Of a stretch of DNA of 64,000 nucleotides, positions 45,589 through 55,532 are shown one piece after another. The position numbers and the translations under genes were made by a program. The DNA lies in contig JACTUC010000008.1 in assembly GCA_015660995.1 (NCBI GenBank), positions 10,645-74,644 of the forward strand. The letters run 5' to 3'. The notes under the pieces are model-generated. The model was not told the DNA's origin, did not search any database, and worked only from the letters and a program-made list of their open reading frames with translations. The DNA is from Candidatus Methanomethylicaceae archaeon (GTDB taxonomy: Archaea > Thermoproteota > Methanomethylicia > Methanomethylicales > Methanomethylicaceae). Within the stretch, counting starts at the first letter, position 1. Every line of letters starts with the position of its first letter.

Positions 45589-46533
45589 TTGTATATTTTG
45601 GTGGAGTTGTACGTCGGCGCAGGGGGATGGGCTTACTTCATAGTTCCAGATGAGAGCCCTTTAAAGGCCTACTCGAAGACTTTCAACTTCGTAGAAGTGA
45701 ACTCGACTTTTTACGAAATCCCTCAACCCGGTGCTGCAGACGCTTGGAGGAGGGCAGTGCCGCAGTCATTCAGGTTCGCAGTGAGGGCCAATAAGGCGAT
45801 AACCCACAACGATCCATTCGCGCCTTCGCCGGAATCTGAAGACGCACTGCAGGCTACTTTGGAGGTATGCCAAGCGCTAAAGGCAGACGTGCTCCACTTC
45901 CAGACCCCCCAATCATTCAGGATTGGCGATATCGAAGCAAAGCGGATAGGCGATTTCTTCAGTACACTGAATGCGGGCAGCATGCTCTTGGCACTGGAGG
46001 TGAGGGGCGCTTCAGGCGGGGATCTTCCCCATAGCCTAGTAAAGGCAATGCAGGACAATTATATTATCCACTGCGTCGACCTACTGAAAGGCGAAGCGCC
46101 GGCATATGCCGCCGACACACTCTACACCAGAACCTTCGGCAAGGGTGATCACAACATATACCAACCCGATGATGGTGAGCTCAAGGCGGTACATATGACT
46201 GCTTCCATGTACACGAAAGCATACGTGGCCTCCCACAGCGCTAAAATGTACTCAGACGCTGCAAGGCTGATCACATTTGGCAAGACCGGCAAATTCCCCA
46301 TGGTAACCAAGTGCACAGGGCTGAATTCGCTGACTTCTGTCTTGGAAGAGGACGCCAAGTTCCCAGCGACTAAGGACGAGCTGATAAAGAGGCAGGGATG
46401 GAAGCTCTATGACGCATCGGAGGAAGTGAGGGTCAGGGCCGAGGAGCCGCTGAGTAAGCTGCCAGACAGGACTTATGGCAATGTAAATGACCTCTTGCAA
46501 GAACTACATTATCAGGGAGGCGGGGCAGTCTGA
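45589..46533 (+). CDS. DUF72 (UPF0759) family protein, divergent paralogue
   Basis: VGAGGWAY...NSTFYEIP aligns to the DUF72 N-terminal GTSGWSY...STFY motif of the next gene. Confidence 0.6.
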   Translation: MYILVELYVGAGGWAYFIVPDESPLKAYSKTFNFVEVNSTFYEIPQPGAADAWRRAVPQSFRFAVRANKAITHNDPFAPSPESEDALQATLEVCQALKADVLHFQTPQSFRIGDIEAKRIGDFFSTLNAGSMLLALEVRGASGGDLPHSLVKAMQDNYIIHCVDLLKGEAPAYAADTLYTRTFGKGDHNIYQPDDGELKAVHMTASMYTKAYVASHSAKMYSDAARLITFGKTGKFPMVTKCTGLNSLTSVLEEDAKFPATKDELIKRQGWKLYDASEEVRVRAEEPLSKLPDRTYGNVNDLLQELHYQGGGAV

Positions 46534-46547
46534 CTGGCAGGATCCTT

Positions 46548-47399
46548 TTGGGCACGTCCGGCTGGAGCTACAAAGAGTGGGTGGGCCCATTCTATGAGAA
46601 TGACGAGGAGAGTAAGCTCAGAGCCTACACCGAAGTCTTCGGGACGGCAGAGATCGATTCCACATTCTACGCCTACCCTGCAAAGGGTCTTGTCATGGGT
46701 TGGAAGATGAATACGCCCGAAAAGTTTCTTTTTACGGCAAAGCTCCCAAAGGTCATAACGCATGAGAAGATGCTTGATCTCTCGCAGGGTGCGGATCAGG
46801 ACCTGATGAGGTTCGTTGATCTGATGGCGCCTCTTGCCGGGGCTAATAAGCTTGGGTGCCTTCTGATACAGCTCCCGCCAAGCTTCAGCTATGACCCCGG
46901 CAGGCTGGAAGCCTTCTTCAAGGTTATGCCCAAGGGGGTCAGGTTCGCCGCAGAGTTCCGCAACAAATCATGGATGAGAGATGAGACGTGGGAGCTCCTT
47001 AAGGGATACAACGTGGCCTATGTCAATGTGGACGAGCCCCTGCTCCCTCCTGAGGTGCACATAACAGCTGACTTTGCCTACTTCAGGTGGCACGGGCATG
47101 GGAAGAATGTCTGGTTCGACTACAGCTACAGCAAGGAAGAGTTGGAGCCGTGGGTGCTAAAGGTGAAGGAGGTTACCGGAAAAGTGAAGGAGGTCTACGG
47201 CTACTTCAACAACCATTTCCATGGTTATGCAGTTGAGAACTGTTTGCAGGTGATGGAAATGCTAGGGGTAGCGGGTGATGCCCAGAGGGACGCAAAAGAA
47301 AAGATCGAGTCATACAGAGTTTCCTCCGAAAATATCAAAGACAAGACCAAGCATAAGGGGAAAGCTGGGGGAACTCTGGACGTTTTCATGAAAAAATGA
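46548..47399 (+). CDS. DUF72 (UPF0759, YecE-like) family protein
   Basis: Canonical MGTSGWSYKEWVGPFY N-terminus and TIM-barrel-like length. Confidence 0.75.
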   Translation: MGTSGWSYKEWVGPFYENDEESKLRAYTEVFGTAEIDSTFYAYPAKGLVMGWKMNTPEKFLFTAKLPKVITHEKMLDLSQGADQDLMRFVDLMAPLAGANKLGCLLIQLPPSFSYDPGRLEAFFKVMPKGVRFAAEFRNKSWMRDETWELLKGYNVAYVNVDEPLLPPEVHITADFAYFRWHGHGKNVWFDYSYSKEELEPWVLKVKEVTGKVKEVYGYFNNHFHGYAVENCLQVMEMLGVAGDAQRDAKEKIESYRVSSENIKDKTKHKGKAGGTLDVFMKK

Positions 47400-47474
47400 A
47401 AAGGTAATAGTGCGTATTTTGGTCGAACTTCTTTTGCCCTAGAATTCTATTGTTTTGTGCACGATTTGCCATGA

Positions 47475-48083
47475 TTATAGGGTTTTTTCAAGGGTTTCTA
47501 GGTTGAAACTTGTGTTGGTGCAGCCATTTCTTATCAATGGGATGGCCTGTCCTGCAAAGCCCATCTGCCTAAGGCCTTCTGCCCCAAGCTGCACCTCCTG
47601 CCCACAGGCGACACCAACTATTCCATCATATTTGTCTTTCTTCAAGATATTGAGGATGCAAGAGCTACCCGGCAATACGTAAACATTGTACCCATTCTTC
47701 TTGCCCATTTTGGTTGCCCTGTTTATGAGGCAGTCTTCTGAACACTGGCCACAGATATAGGATGGTATATCTGGGTTGAAGGTGGACTTGCACCTGCTGT
47801 CCATATACTTTCTTGAGCAGTGCGGCAGTAATAGCGCCCTATTTTTTGTCCCCTCAAAGCGTTTCCGCTCTGAAAGATTCTGTGAATATACATCTACCAA
47901 GTCCTCAACCAATTGGAGCGTCTCGGGCTCATCCAAACCGGTGATCTTGGTAAGGTTATGGGCTAGGCGTTGCGTTTTCATATCAAATCTTCTTCGAAGC
48001 TTATTCTCGCCGGCAACTTTAGCAAGCTCAATGAAAAATGATTTTGGGATACTGGAGAGATCAAAACTGAACTTGTAAGGCAT
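47475..48083 (-). CDS. DUF116-like cysteine-rich protein
   Basis: LLLPHCSRKY...C...CGQCSEDC cysteine pattern, characteristic of the archaeal DUF116 family. Confidence 0.45.
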   Translation of the reverse strand: MPYKFSFDLSSIPKSFFIELAKVAGENKLRRRFDMKTQRLAHNLTKITGLDEPETLQLVEDLVDVYSQNLSERKRFEGTKNRALLLPHCSRKYMDSRCKSTFNPDIPSYICGQCSEDCLINRATKMGKKNGYNVYVLPGSSCILNILKKDKYDGIVGVACGQEVQLGAEGLRQMGFAGQAIPLIRNGCTNTSFNLETLEKTL

Positions 48084-48105
48084 ACATTCTGCTTACATGC
48101 GTTCG

Positions 48106-48143
48106 AATTAAATATTTCCCCCACAAACACAAAAATTTTTTAA
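48106..48143. repeat. Island motif copy (TTTCCCCCACAAACACAAAAATTTTTTAAAAATACCCC)
   Basis: Immediately upstream of the DUF116 gene start. Confidence 0.5.
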
Positions 48144-48590
48144 AAATACCCCTTATATCCTTCATTATGAAACTGAAAGGCTTTGACAAATTTCGCCTCA
48201 AGATTCCAGCCTTGGCCGGGAGAAAAATCATTATCCTCCCAATATACTTCATCGGAATGATCTCCCTCGCATTATTTGTATTAATCACGTTTTTTTCCTT
48301 GCCTAATCGTTTTCAACCGCAGGGCTGGGATCCATCATTACTCTCGTTTTTGCCGCTATTTGGGTTTCTCATGCTTGGAGTACTAGGATTTTTATTAGAA
48401 AAATAGTGGTTAAATTTTGACTATCAAACCCAATAATTTTGACGTTCATCCCTGCCACCAGAAAATTCACCGTTGTCTGTCGAATAGATCAAGGAAAATA
48501 AATAGAGCAACAGGTAAAGACCCCGACCAATGTCACCGAGGAAGTAATCCATCTGGGGCTCTAATTTTGGTCATGGGAGAACTGAGTAGA

Positions 48591-48887
48591 CTAGAGAAAG
48601 TTAAGCAGTATATTCTTGAATTGCTCATGTTTATTTAATATTTTTATAATTAGATTTGTCACCCACATTATTTCTGTATCAAGTATCTTTGACAGGGCGA
48701 GGGAGACAAAGTAGATCAAAATCCCTAAAGCTATCACCTGAAGCGCATTGATAGACCCAAGAAAGAATACAGTAATTACAAAGATCAGACCATTGATTAT
48801 GATCATTACGCCAGATCTCACTATGAAGCACATCTCTATAGTATCAGCATTTGATGTCATTCCATCAGTTCCTCCTTGAGTTGTCAA
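48591..48887 (-). CDS. Small two-TM membrane protein
   Basis: Two strongly hydrophobic helices. No known domain. Confidence 0.3.
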   Translation of the reverse strand: MTTQGGTDGMTSNADTIEMCFIVRSGVMIIINGLIFVITVFFLGSINALQVIALGILIYFVSLALSKILDTEIMWVTNLIIKILNKHEQFKNILLNFL

Positions 48888-49322
48888 CCAGATATTGAAA
48901 ATCCTTGTATTTTGGCATTTCTATCTTCGAATTTATATCGATCTTATCTGTCCGAAGAATTTTGCCTCTTCTTATGAAGATAATCTAAAACCTAAATCCA
49001 CACACTATCTCTAATTCAACAATTCTTACTCCTACTCTCTCCTGTGCAATTGCTCTGCATCTATCCCCGAGGGCAAAATTTTAATAACCCTAGAAGTGCT
49101 TATCAACTCGATTGAGATGTACCCGTTCGTTTTGCTCACGGACATAATTGCTGTTATTGCAATTATCCTATTGGCGGTTACCACGCTCCTCATCACCTTT
49201 GACAGAGAATAGCGCCGACTATCGTCGGTGGCGCTTTTGAAATTTTTCAACATAAGAATAGGGAGGATCAGTCATAATTAATATAAGCCTCGAAATGACC
49301 TCCTCCTGATATAAATGGAGGA

Positions 49323-52300
49323 TTGCAACTGGTGTCTCGTTCCAAATTTGACTCATTCAACTCATTCATCAGACGCTTCCATCGGCAGATAATAATTGTC
49401 TGGGTCGTGGCGCTTGTGTTCTCGGCTGCGGTGATACCTAGCTTCTTCTCTGGCGTCTCCTATAACATCACTACCCTGGCCAGCTCAGGAGCCCCCCAGA
49501 ACACAGAGTCTCAGATCGCCCAGAACATATTGGACGCACAGTTTCCCTCCTCTAACGGTAGCGGAGACAATAGCATCATACTGGTTATCCAGAACCCGAC
49601 CCCCGGCCTATACTCGGATGCCGTGAAGAACGCTGTCCTCCAGCTCGAACGCACCGTAGGATCCGATCCCAGCCAGGTCAACTATACAGGTGCATCGAGC
49701 ATCTATTCGACCGAGAGCGATCTTCTGAACTCCTCGCTGCCTGGTTTCATCCAGGGCGTGGCGTCCATGGACTCCAACATCACCGCGGTCAACCAGGCCG
49801 TCTTCTCCTTGGAGCAGAACCTTTCGGCCCTCAGCTCCGGCCTCTTCCAGCTGGCGCAGGGGATAAGCCAGACATCTCAGCTGGTCTACGGCATACCCAC
49901 TGCCTTCGTTGGGATCTGGGGTGGAATAGTAGGCGCTGGAGAGACGAACATGACCATCGCCAACCAGGAGGCCAACGCGACCATCTTCGCCCAGACGGGC
50001 AACTTCGGTGGCGACCAGCAGTCAGTGGGATACTATACCGCCTTCTTCGCCTATTGGAGCGCGAGCTTCCAGACAGCCCCCACCCTCACGCCGCTCCAGA
50101 GGGAGGCAGCTGCCATCAGCGGAGCAGTCACCCAGCTAACCTCCAGCCCCTACCTGGACAATGCAACAAAGGTCCTGATCCTAAGCGTGGCCAACGGGCT
50201 CAACGTAACCAGCTGGAACCAGGCCAGCGCCCTAGGTAACCTTACGGTAGAAACATTCGCATCTCAGGTGCCGAGCAGCCTAACCTCGTCCCTTGGCGTT
50301 ACGCCCAGCGACCTCGTGGCCAGCCTCTACAGCCTAGGTCCTTCTCCGTCAGTCGCGGCCCTCACCAACCTTACCATCCCCCTCATCGCGAACGCCTTCG
50401 GCGGCTCCTCCGCGCCCATAGCTGGTTTCTCGATCACTGACTTGGTCGCAGCCTCCTCCTCCCTTGGGCCTTCGCCCAGCCAGAGCGCTGTTTGGAACCT
50501 GGCGGCAGAGTTCTTCTCAAATACGACGGCGAGCGCCCTTGAGGCATCGCCCCTCTTTACGGTCAATGCGACCTCCCTCAGTGGCCTCCTCTCGGGCCTC
50601 AGTCCCTCCAGCTCTGCTGCCCAGCTAGCGAGCGCAATAGACGCCGTAGTATATAATGAGAGCTTCTCCAACTATCCCCTTGTACTCTCAAGGTCCCTGA
50701 CTCAGAACTTCGTGGGGACAGAGAATGACACCATGATTGTCGTGTTTAGTTACTCTTCAACTCTTAGTCCCGACACCCTCGCAGGGTTCCAGCAGGACGT
50801 GAAGAGCTCAGACCTCTCATCAATGGCGACGACCTACGTCACCGGCGGGGCTGTGATCAGCCATGATTTTGAAGACGCCTTCAGCCCCGTCATTGGAGCG
50901 ATCTCGAGCGTCGGAATCGTTGCCTCCATAATTATCGCCATAATCCTCTTCGGGGCACCCCTTGCGGCCATCCTTCCGCTGCTTCTCGGGGGCATCTCCA
51001 TAGTTATCGGCTACGCAGCCATCTACCTTGGCGTGGTGGTAGCCGGAAGCGGCAAGATAACCTTCCTCACACCTACACTGGCTACGCTCATCATGCTGGG
51101 CCTAGCCGTTGACTACTCTGTCCTTCAGCTCCGAAGGATGAAGGAGGAGAGGGCCAAGGGAAAGTCAAAGGAGGAGAGCGTGGCCACATCGGTCAGATGG
51201 TCCGGCCAGGCCGTGCTTACTGCAGGGATTACCGTCGTCGTAGCCTACGTCATCCTGGCGGTGGTGAACGTGCCCATATTCAACGACGTCGGCGTAGCCA
51301 TAGCCCTGGGGGTCTCCATCCTTCTTCTGGCGTCGGTGACGCTGCTTCCGTCCCTTGAGCTGCTACTTGGGGACCGCCTCTTCTGGCCTCGCCTAAAGGT
51401 TAACAGTCACGAATCAAAGCCTGGCCGCCTAGCAAGGGTATCCGATGCTACCCTCAAGAGAAAGGTGGCAGTCACGGTGGTGATATCGCTCTTCGCTGTC
51501 TGCGCGGTCGCAGCTGTGGCCAGCACCCCCACGGGGCTCGACATTCTGAAGCTCATCCCGAACACCCAGAGCAACCAGGGCCTGACGGTCATGACGAACA
51601 GCCTGGGCGGTGGAACCATCTCCCCCACATCGATTCTGGTCACAATGCCCTCCGCCATAGTCTACGGAGACAACCAGTTTAACCAGACGCTACTGAACCA
51701 GATCGAGCTCATATCGTCCAAGGTAGCTGGCTCCTCAGGCGTGGTTAGCGTAACGGGCCCCACCAGGCCCTATGGATCTTCATTCAATTTCTCGTCCATA
51801 GGGGAGATGCCTGAGCCCATCCTCTCCCAGTACCTAGACGGCATGCTCTCCTACATAGGAAAGGACAACACCACAGCGCTCATATCCGTCGGATTCAATT
51901 CTCCCATGATGAGCGCCCAGTCCGTCGCTTCACTGGATAAATTAGAGTCCCAAGTGAAGTCCACATCCCTCATTAATGGGGTCGTTGTGCATTATGGCGG
52001 AGAGGCTTCCCAGACGAAGGATAATGAGCAGTTCATAAATGGGCTGATACCGGAGATCTTGATCATCCTCTCCATAGCGGTCTACCTGATCCTGTTCTTC
52101 CAACTAAGGTCCGCCTTTACGCCCCTCAGGCTTATCTTCACCATCCTCTGCAGCGCGGCCTTCTCTCTGGCCCTGCTTGACTTCACCTTTACTTACATAC
52201 TGAAGCTGCCCGTGCTCAACTTCGTGGCACTCTTCGTGATAGTGACCATGCTGGGCGTCGGCATTGACTACGACATCTTCTATGTTACGAGAATACGAGA

Positions 52301-52595
52301 GGAGATCCTGAACGGGAAGACCGACGACGAAGCGATCAAGACTGCCACAACCAAAGTCTGGGTAACCATCTTCGGCCTAGGACTTATACTTGCGAGCATC
52401 TTCGCCTCCCTTCTGGTGACTGGAATCCCCGTGCTCGAGGAGATCGGCCTGGCGGTTGGGGCGGCCGTGCTGATCGACGTCTCGGTGGTCATCCTCTTCT
52501 TCGTGCCGTCCTTGATGGCCCTGGCCGAGAGGTTCAACTGGTGGCCATCCAAGATCGGAAGAAGCTCTGACAAGACGACTCCATCGAAAAGCTAA
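49323..52595 (+). CDS. MMPL/RND-superfamily giant membrane exporter
   Basis: 1090 aa. TM1, an extracytoplasmic domain of about 480 aa, 5 TM helices, a second extracytoplasmic domain and 5-6 TM helices (duplicated RND topology). Markedly higher GC than its neighbours. Confidence 0.7.
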   Translation: MQLVSRSKFDSFNSFIRRFHRQIIIVWVVALVFSAAVIPSFFSGVSYNITTLASSGAPQNTESQIAQNILDAQFPSSNGSGDNSIILVIQNPTPGLYSDAVKNAVLQLERTVGSDPSQVNYTGASSIYSTESDLLNSSLPGFIQGVASMDSNITAVNQAVFSLEQNLSALSSGLFQLAQGISQTSQLVYGIPTAFVGIWGGIVGAGETNMTIANQEANATIFAQTGNFGGDQQSVGYYTAFFAYWSASFQTAPTLTPLQREAAAISGAVTQLTSSPYLDNATKVLILSVANGLNVTSWNQASALGNLTVETFASQVPSSLTSSLGVTPSDLVASLYSLGPSPSVAALTNLTIPLIANAFGGSSAPIAGFSITDLVAASSSLGPSPSQSAVWNLAAEFFSNTTASALEASPLFTVNATSLSGLLSGLSPSSSAAQLASAIDAVVYNESFSNYPLVLSRSLTQNFVGTENDTMIVVFSYSSTLSPDTLAGFQQDVKSSDLSSMATTYVTGGAVISHDFEDAFSPVIGAISSVGIVASIIIAIILFGAPLAAILPLLLGGISIVIGYAAIYLGVVVAGSGKITFLTPTLATLIMLGLAVDYSVLQLRRMKEERAKGKSKEESVATSVRWSGQAVLTAGITVVVAYVILAVVNVPIFNDVGVAIALGVSILLLASVTLLPSLELLLGDRLFWPRLKVNSHESKPGRLARVSDATLKRKVAVTVVISLFAVCAVAAVASTPTGLDILKLIPNTQSNQGLTVMTNSLGGGTISPTSILVTMPSAIVYGDNQFNQTLLNQIELISSKVAGSSGVVSVTGPTRPYGSSFNFSSIGEMPEPILSQYLDGMLSYIGKDNTTALISVGFNSPMMSAQSVASLDKLESQVKSTSLINGVVVHYGGEASQTKDNEQFINGLIPEILIILSIAVYLILFFQLRSAFTPLRLIFTILCSAAFSLALLDFTFTYILKLPVLNFVALFVIVTMLGVGIDYDIFYVTRIREEILNGKTDDEAIKTATTKVWVTIFGLGLILASIFASLLVTGIPVLEEIGLAVGAAVLIDVSVVILFFVPSLMALAERFNWWPSKIGRSSDKTTPSKS

Positions 52596-52673
52596 GCAGG
52601 CACATGTTTGCCCAGGAGAGAAAGAGAAAGAGTAGGACTCAACAACTCGCTTCTTCTTACTCTCTCCTACTAA

Positions 52674-52949
52674 GTGCGCACACAACGCACGCGCGAATTT
52701 ATATACAATGAAGCTTTACTAATGATGGAGTTCTTTGAAATGGCAGAAAAAGGAAAAACTACTGACAACCGCAGCATGCATGTAACCATTCTGGGCGTAC
52801 TAGGAATACTCTTCGCGATCATTGGAGCAGCAATAATTGCTATTCCTGGTATGCCTGGGCGAGGCTCAGGTATAGGCACTGGCTTAGTTGTGATAGGTGT
52901 CGTGCTGCTGGTCATTGCTTTCTTAAGGCTTTACTACAAGCGCCCATAA
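52674..52949 (+). CDS. Small two-TM membrane protein
   Basis: ILGVLGILFAIIGAAIIAI and GLVVIGVVLLVIAFL helices. Start may be the internal MAEKG. Confidence 0.35.
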   Translation: MRTQRTREFIYNEALLMMEFFEMAEKGKTTDNRSMHVTILGVLGILFAIIGAAIIAIPGMPGRGSGIGTGLVVIGVVLLVIAFLRLYYKRP

Positions 52950-53045
52950 TGAGTCTTCTTTTATAGACTCATCCATTTTCTTCTTTTTTCCATATATTTT
53001 GTGTCGTGTGCACAGTTGACTGGCAAAGTGACAGAGTGACTGACT

Positions 53046-53090
53046 CCACACACGCGGGTTTATATGATTAAATTAATCCCCCACGCACAC
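53046..53090. repeat. Island motif copy (CCACACACGCGGGTTTATATGATTAAATTAATCCCCCACGCACAC)
   Basis: Intergenic, between the small membrane ORF and the nucleotidyltransferase-kinase gene. Confidence 0.55.
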
Positions 53091-53146
53091 AAAAACCGAA
53101 CCACATCGGCCCCACTATTTTCCAAGTAATAATCCGGCCCAATGAC

Positions 53147-54829
53147 TCAAGGATTATCAGCATCAGCTGACGAGTACTTTTCAAGTGTATGTCTAACAAT
53201 ATGAATCATCTTCGAAGTTAGGAATGGTAAGAATGGTATCAGATATCTAATGTTCTTCGCTTTTGCAACAACTTCGCCACTATTCTCACTACGATAGCCG
53301 GTGAGGAAGGCTTCAGCGACAAGCTTTATGCCTTCCTCCCTCGTTTTGTTATCCTTCTTCTCTCCTTTCTTCTCCAGGCGCGTTGCAGAAAAATAGAGAA
53401 ATTCGGCGAGGTCCCAAGCCCTATCGCCGTTCTCCACAGCCTGCTCAAGGTCTAGAAGATCTATTCCATCCTTACCCACGAGCGCGTTCCCTGGCTTCGT
53501 ATCTCCGTACACCAAGCCAGCCTTGTGCAGTTTACCCAATATCTTGCCATATTTTGCGATGTTGCTCGTGTCTGTACTTTTCCCACTGATTATCTCCTCG
53601 ACGAATTTTGAGAGCGGGGTGCCATTGACATACTCTGTTACCAGGGTCCTTTCGTCTAGAACAATGCCGATTATATCGTGAGTTTTGATTCCGAGTTCAT
53701 TCAGCCGTCTGACACCTTCGACCTCTCTGTTCAGTCTTGAGAGAGGGCTCTGGTTGAATCTCTTGGCGACGAGTGACCAAAGATTGAGAAATGCCCACTT
53801 TATTGACTTCAGTTCGGGGAAGTGCTTGAGGACATACTTGACTCGTCTTTCATCGTCCCAGATTTCCAGCTGTTGAGTAGAGTTGATGAAATCTCCCTTT
53901 TTCTTCTGTTCGTATTCGTAAGTTTCGCCGAAGCCTCCTATTTGCGCAAGCTCTTCGATCATCTTGGTTGCATCGTCAAAGATTACCCCTTCCTCAAGTC
54001 GAAGAAGTTTGTTCGGCCGATCGAGCTCGACCATGGATTCAACCTTCCCCATCATTTTCAGCTTGGCGAGAGGCCTAGTCTTGAACCCATATCCCAACCT
54101 ATTAGCAAACCCGTGAACCACGTATCGAATGGCGCCCCTGCTCTCCAACGGAAACATTTTGTGAAGCTCAGTGAGTGCATAAATACGCTTCTTTCTCCCC
54201 CTGAAGATCCTAACAGAGTCACCGATACTCTCTATTATTCCGTTTGAAGCAAGCGATTCTGCCGCTTCTCGAAATCCTCGAAGCGTGAACTCTATGTTCT
54301 CTTTCCTCTGATCAGACGCGTAGGTGCGGGCGTAGCTGAACATCGCTTCTGGGTAGGCAAGAGCCCTCTTGTGCAGCTTATCAAAGAGAAAGTATTCGTG
54401 AGGAATGATCAAGTTTGAAGAAAAGTCGCCGTAGTCTGACTGGATCTCAATCAACTTTTCTGCTATGATTCTCTTCTTGTATTCAACCTCGACGCTCCCC
54501 AGGAACTCCGCGTTAACAATGGGTTCATAGATGTTCAGTAACCTGCCTATTACGAACTCTCCAACCGAAGGTTGCTTTGCGTCCTTCATTAGGGCCGTCT
54601 CTTCTATGATGAGTGGTGGTGACTTGGTAGGCTCTTGTTCATGCCTCTCTGCTACACTCGCATTGACGTTCTTCGCGACTATTATCATGTCATAGTCAGA
54701 ATCTTTTCTTGCATACCCCGCAACTCTTGAGCCATAGGCGCAGAGGGAATAGATCTCCTCTTTCTTGACCAATAACTCGGCGAGAGCGAGAATCTTGGAT
54801 CTCTCCATGTCAGTAAGCTTGCTGTTCAA
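53147..54829 (-). CDS. Fusion protein: N-terminal minimal nucleotidyltransferase domain + C-terminal RIO/Bud32-like atypical kinase domain
   Basis: The N-terminal CAYGSRVAGYARKDSDYDMIIV matches the GS...DxD nucleotidyltransferase fold. The C-terminal LHKAGLVYGDTKPGNALV...GIDLLDLEQAV matches the catalytic and metal-binding loops of RIO/Bud32/Kdo-type kinases. Confidence 0.6.
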   Translation of the reverse strand: MNSKLTDMERSKILALAELLVKKEEIYSLCAYGSRVAGYARKDSDYDMIIVAKNVNASVAERHEQEPTKSPPLIIEETALMKDAKQPSVGEFVIGRLLNIYEPIVNAEFLGSVEVEYKKRIIAEKLIEIQSDYGDFSSNLIIPHEYFLFDKLHKRALAYPEAMFSYARTYASDQRKENIEFTLRGFREAAESLASNGIIESIGDSVRIFRGRKKRIYALTELHKMFPLESRGAIRYVVHGFANRLGYGFKTRPLAKLKMMGKVESMVELDRPNKLLRLEEGVIFDDATKMIEELAQIGGFGETYEYEQKKKGDFINSTQQLEIWDDERRVKYVLKHFPELKSIKWAFLNLWSLVAKRFNQSPLSRLNREVEGVRRLNELGIKTHDIIGIVLDERTLVTEYVNGTPLSKFVEEIISGKSTDTSNIAKYGKILGKLHKAGLVYGDTKPGNALVGKDGIDLLDLEQAVENGDRAWDLAEFLYFSATRLEKKGEKKDNKTREEGIKLVAEAFLTGYRSENSGEVVAKAKNIRYLIPFLPFLTSKMIHIVRHTLEKYSSADADNP

Positions 54830-55097
54830 ATCTTCATCTCCTCTGGCCGGTCTGGTTCAAGTATTCGTTTCACCCTAATCTTAGTCTTCCGTATGCTATC
54901 CTTCGTGCTCATTAAATTTTAGCCCCAAACCCACTAACTACTATTCTACTGGTAAGATAGGGAAATGAAACTCCATCAGCTTCAAGAGAGCCACCATCAA
55001 TAGAACGCTCTTAGTTGAACTAAGAGAACTCTGCTTGTCATCAAAAAGAGAGATGGGAAATGCAGAGTTATTAACAACTTGAAGTCTATTTATTGCC

Positions 55098-55505
55098 ATG
55101 AAGAAAAACATCTACATTGTTGCGGGTGTTGCTGTCATCGTTATAGTAGCAGCCATTGTGTTTTTTGGATCCCCTCTATTGATGCCAGGCCAACGAGTGA
55201 TAATCACAAATTTTGAGCTAAACACAAACAATCCCTACGACGTTTATTCCTCCGCCTCAAACCCTTTACCAACAATATATACTAATGATGTTTTCAATTA
55301 TACATTTAGTTTATGGGGGGGAAGGGAATTTACAATTAATAGCATCTCCTTAACGCAAGGATTCTCTTTAGTTTCTTCTAACACTTCGTTACCAGCTTCA
55401 GAGCCAAACATAGGTCAAGCAATATCTCTTCAGCTCAGGATCAAAGCTCCGAGCCAAGCTTTCAATGGAACACTCGTGATTACGGTTGACACAACAATTC
55501 ATTAA
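55098..55505 (+). CDS. Small N-terminally anchored extracellular protein (paralogue family with 12615 and 60501)
   Basis: Signal anchor, several NxS/T sequons, and a C-terminal LRIKAPSQAFNGTLVITV motif shared with the 12615 protein. Confidence 0.45.
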   Translation: MKKNIYIVAGVAVIVIVAAIVFFGSPLLMPGQRVIITNFELNTNNPYDVYSSASNPLPTIYTNDVFNYTFSLWGGREFTINSISLTQGFSLVSSNTSLPASEPNIGQAISLQLRIKAPSQAFNGTLVITVDTTIH

Positions 55506-55532
55506 TCTTTAACCCCCCAAACCCAAACGGCT

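Noticed and set aside
48417-48638. 73-aa ORF MTIKPNNFDVHPCHQ...
   Set aside because: AT-rich intergenic stretch with no start context or motif. It is probably non-coding spacer between small membrane-protein genes.
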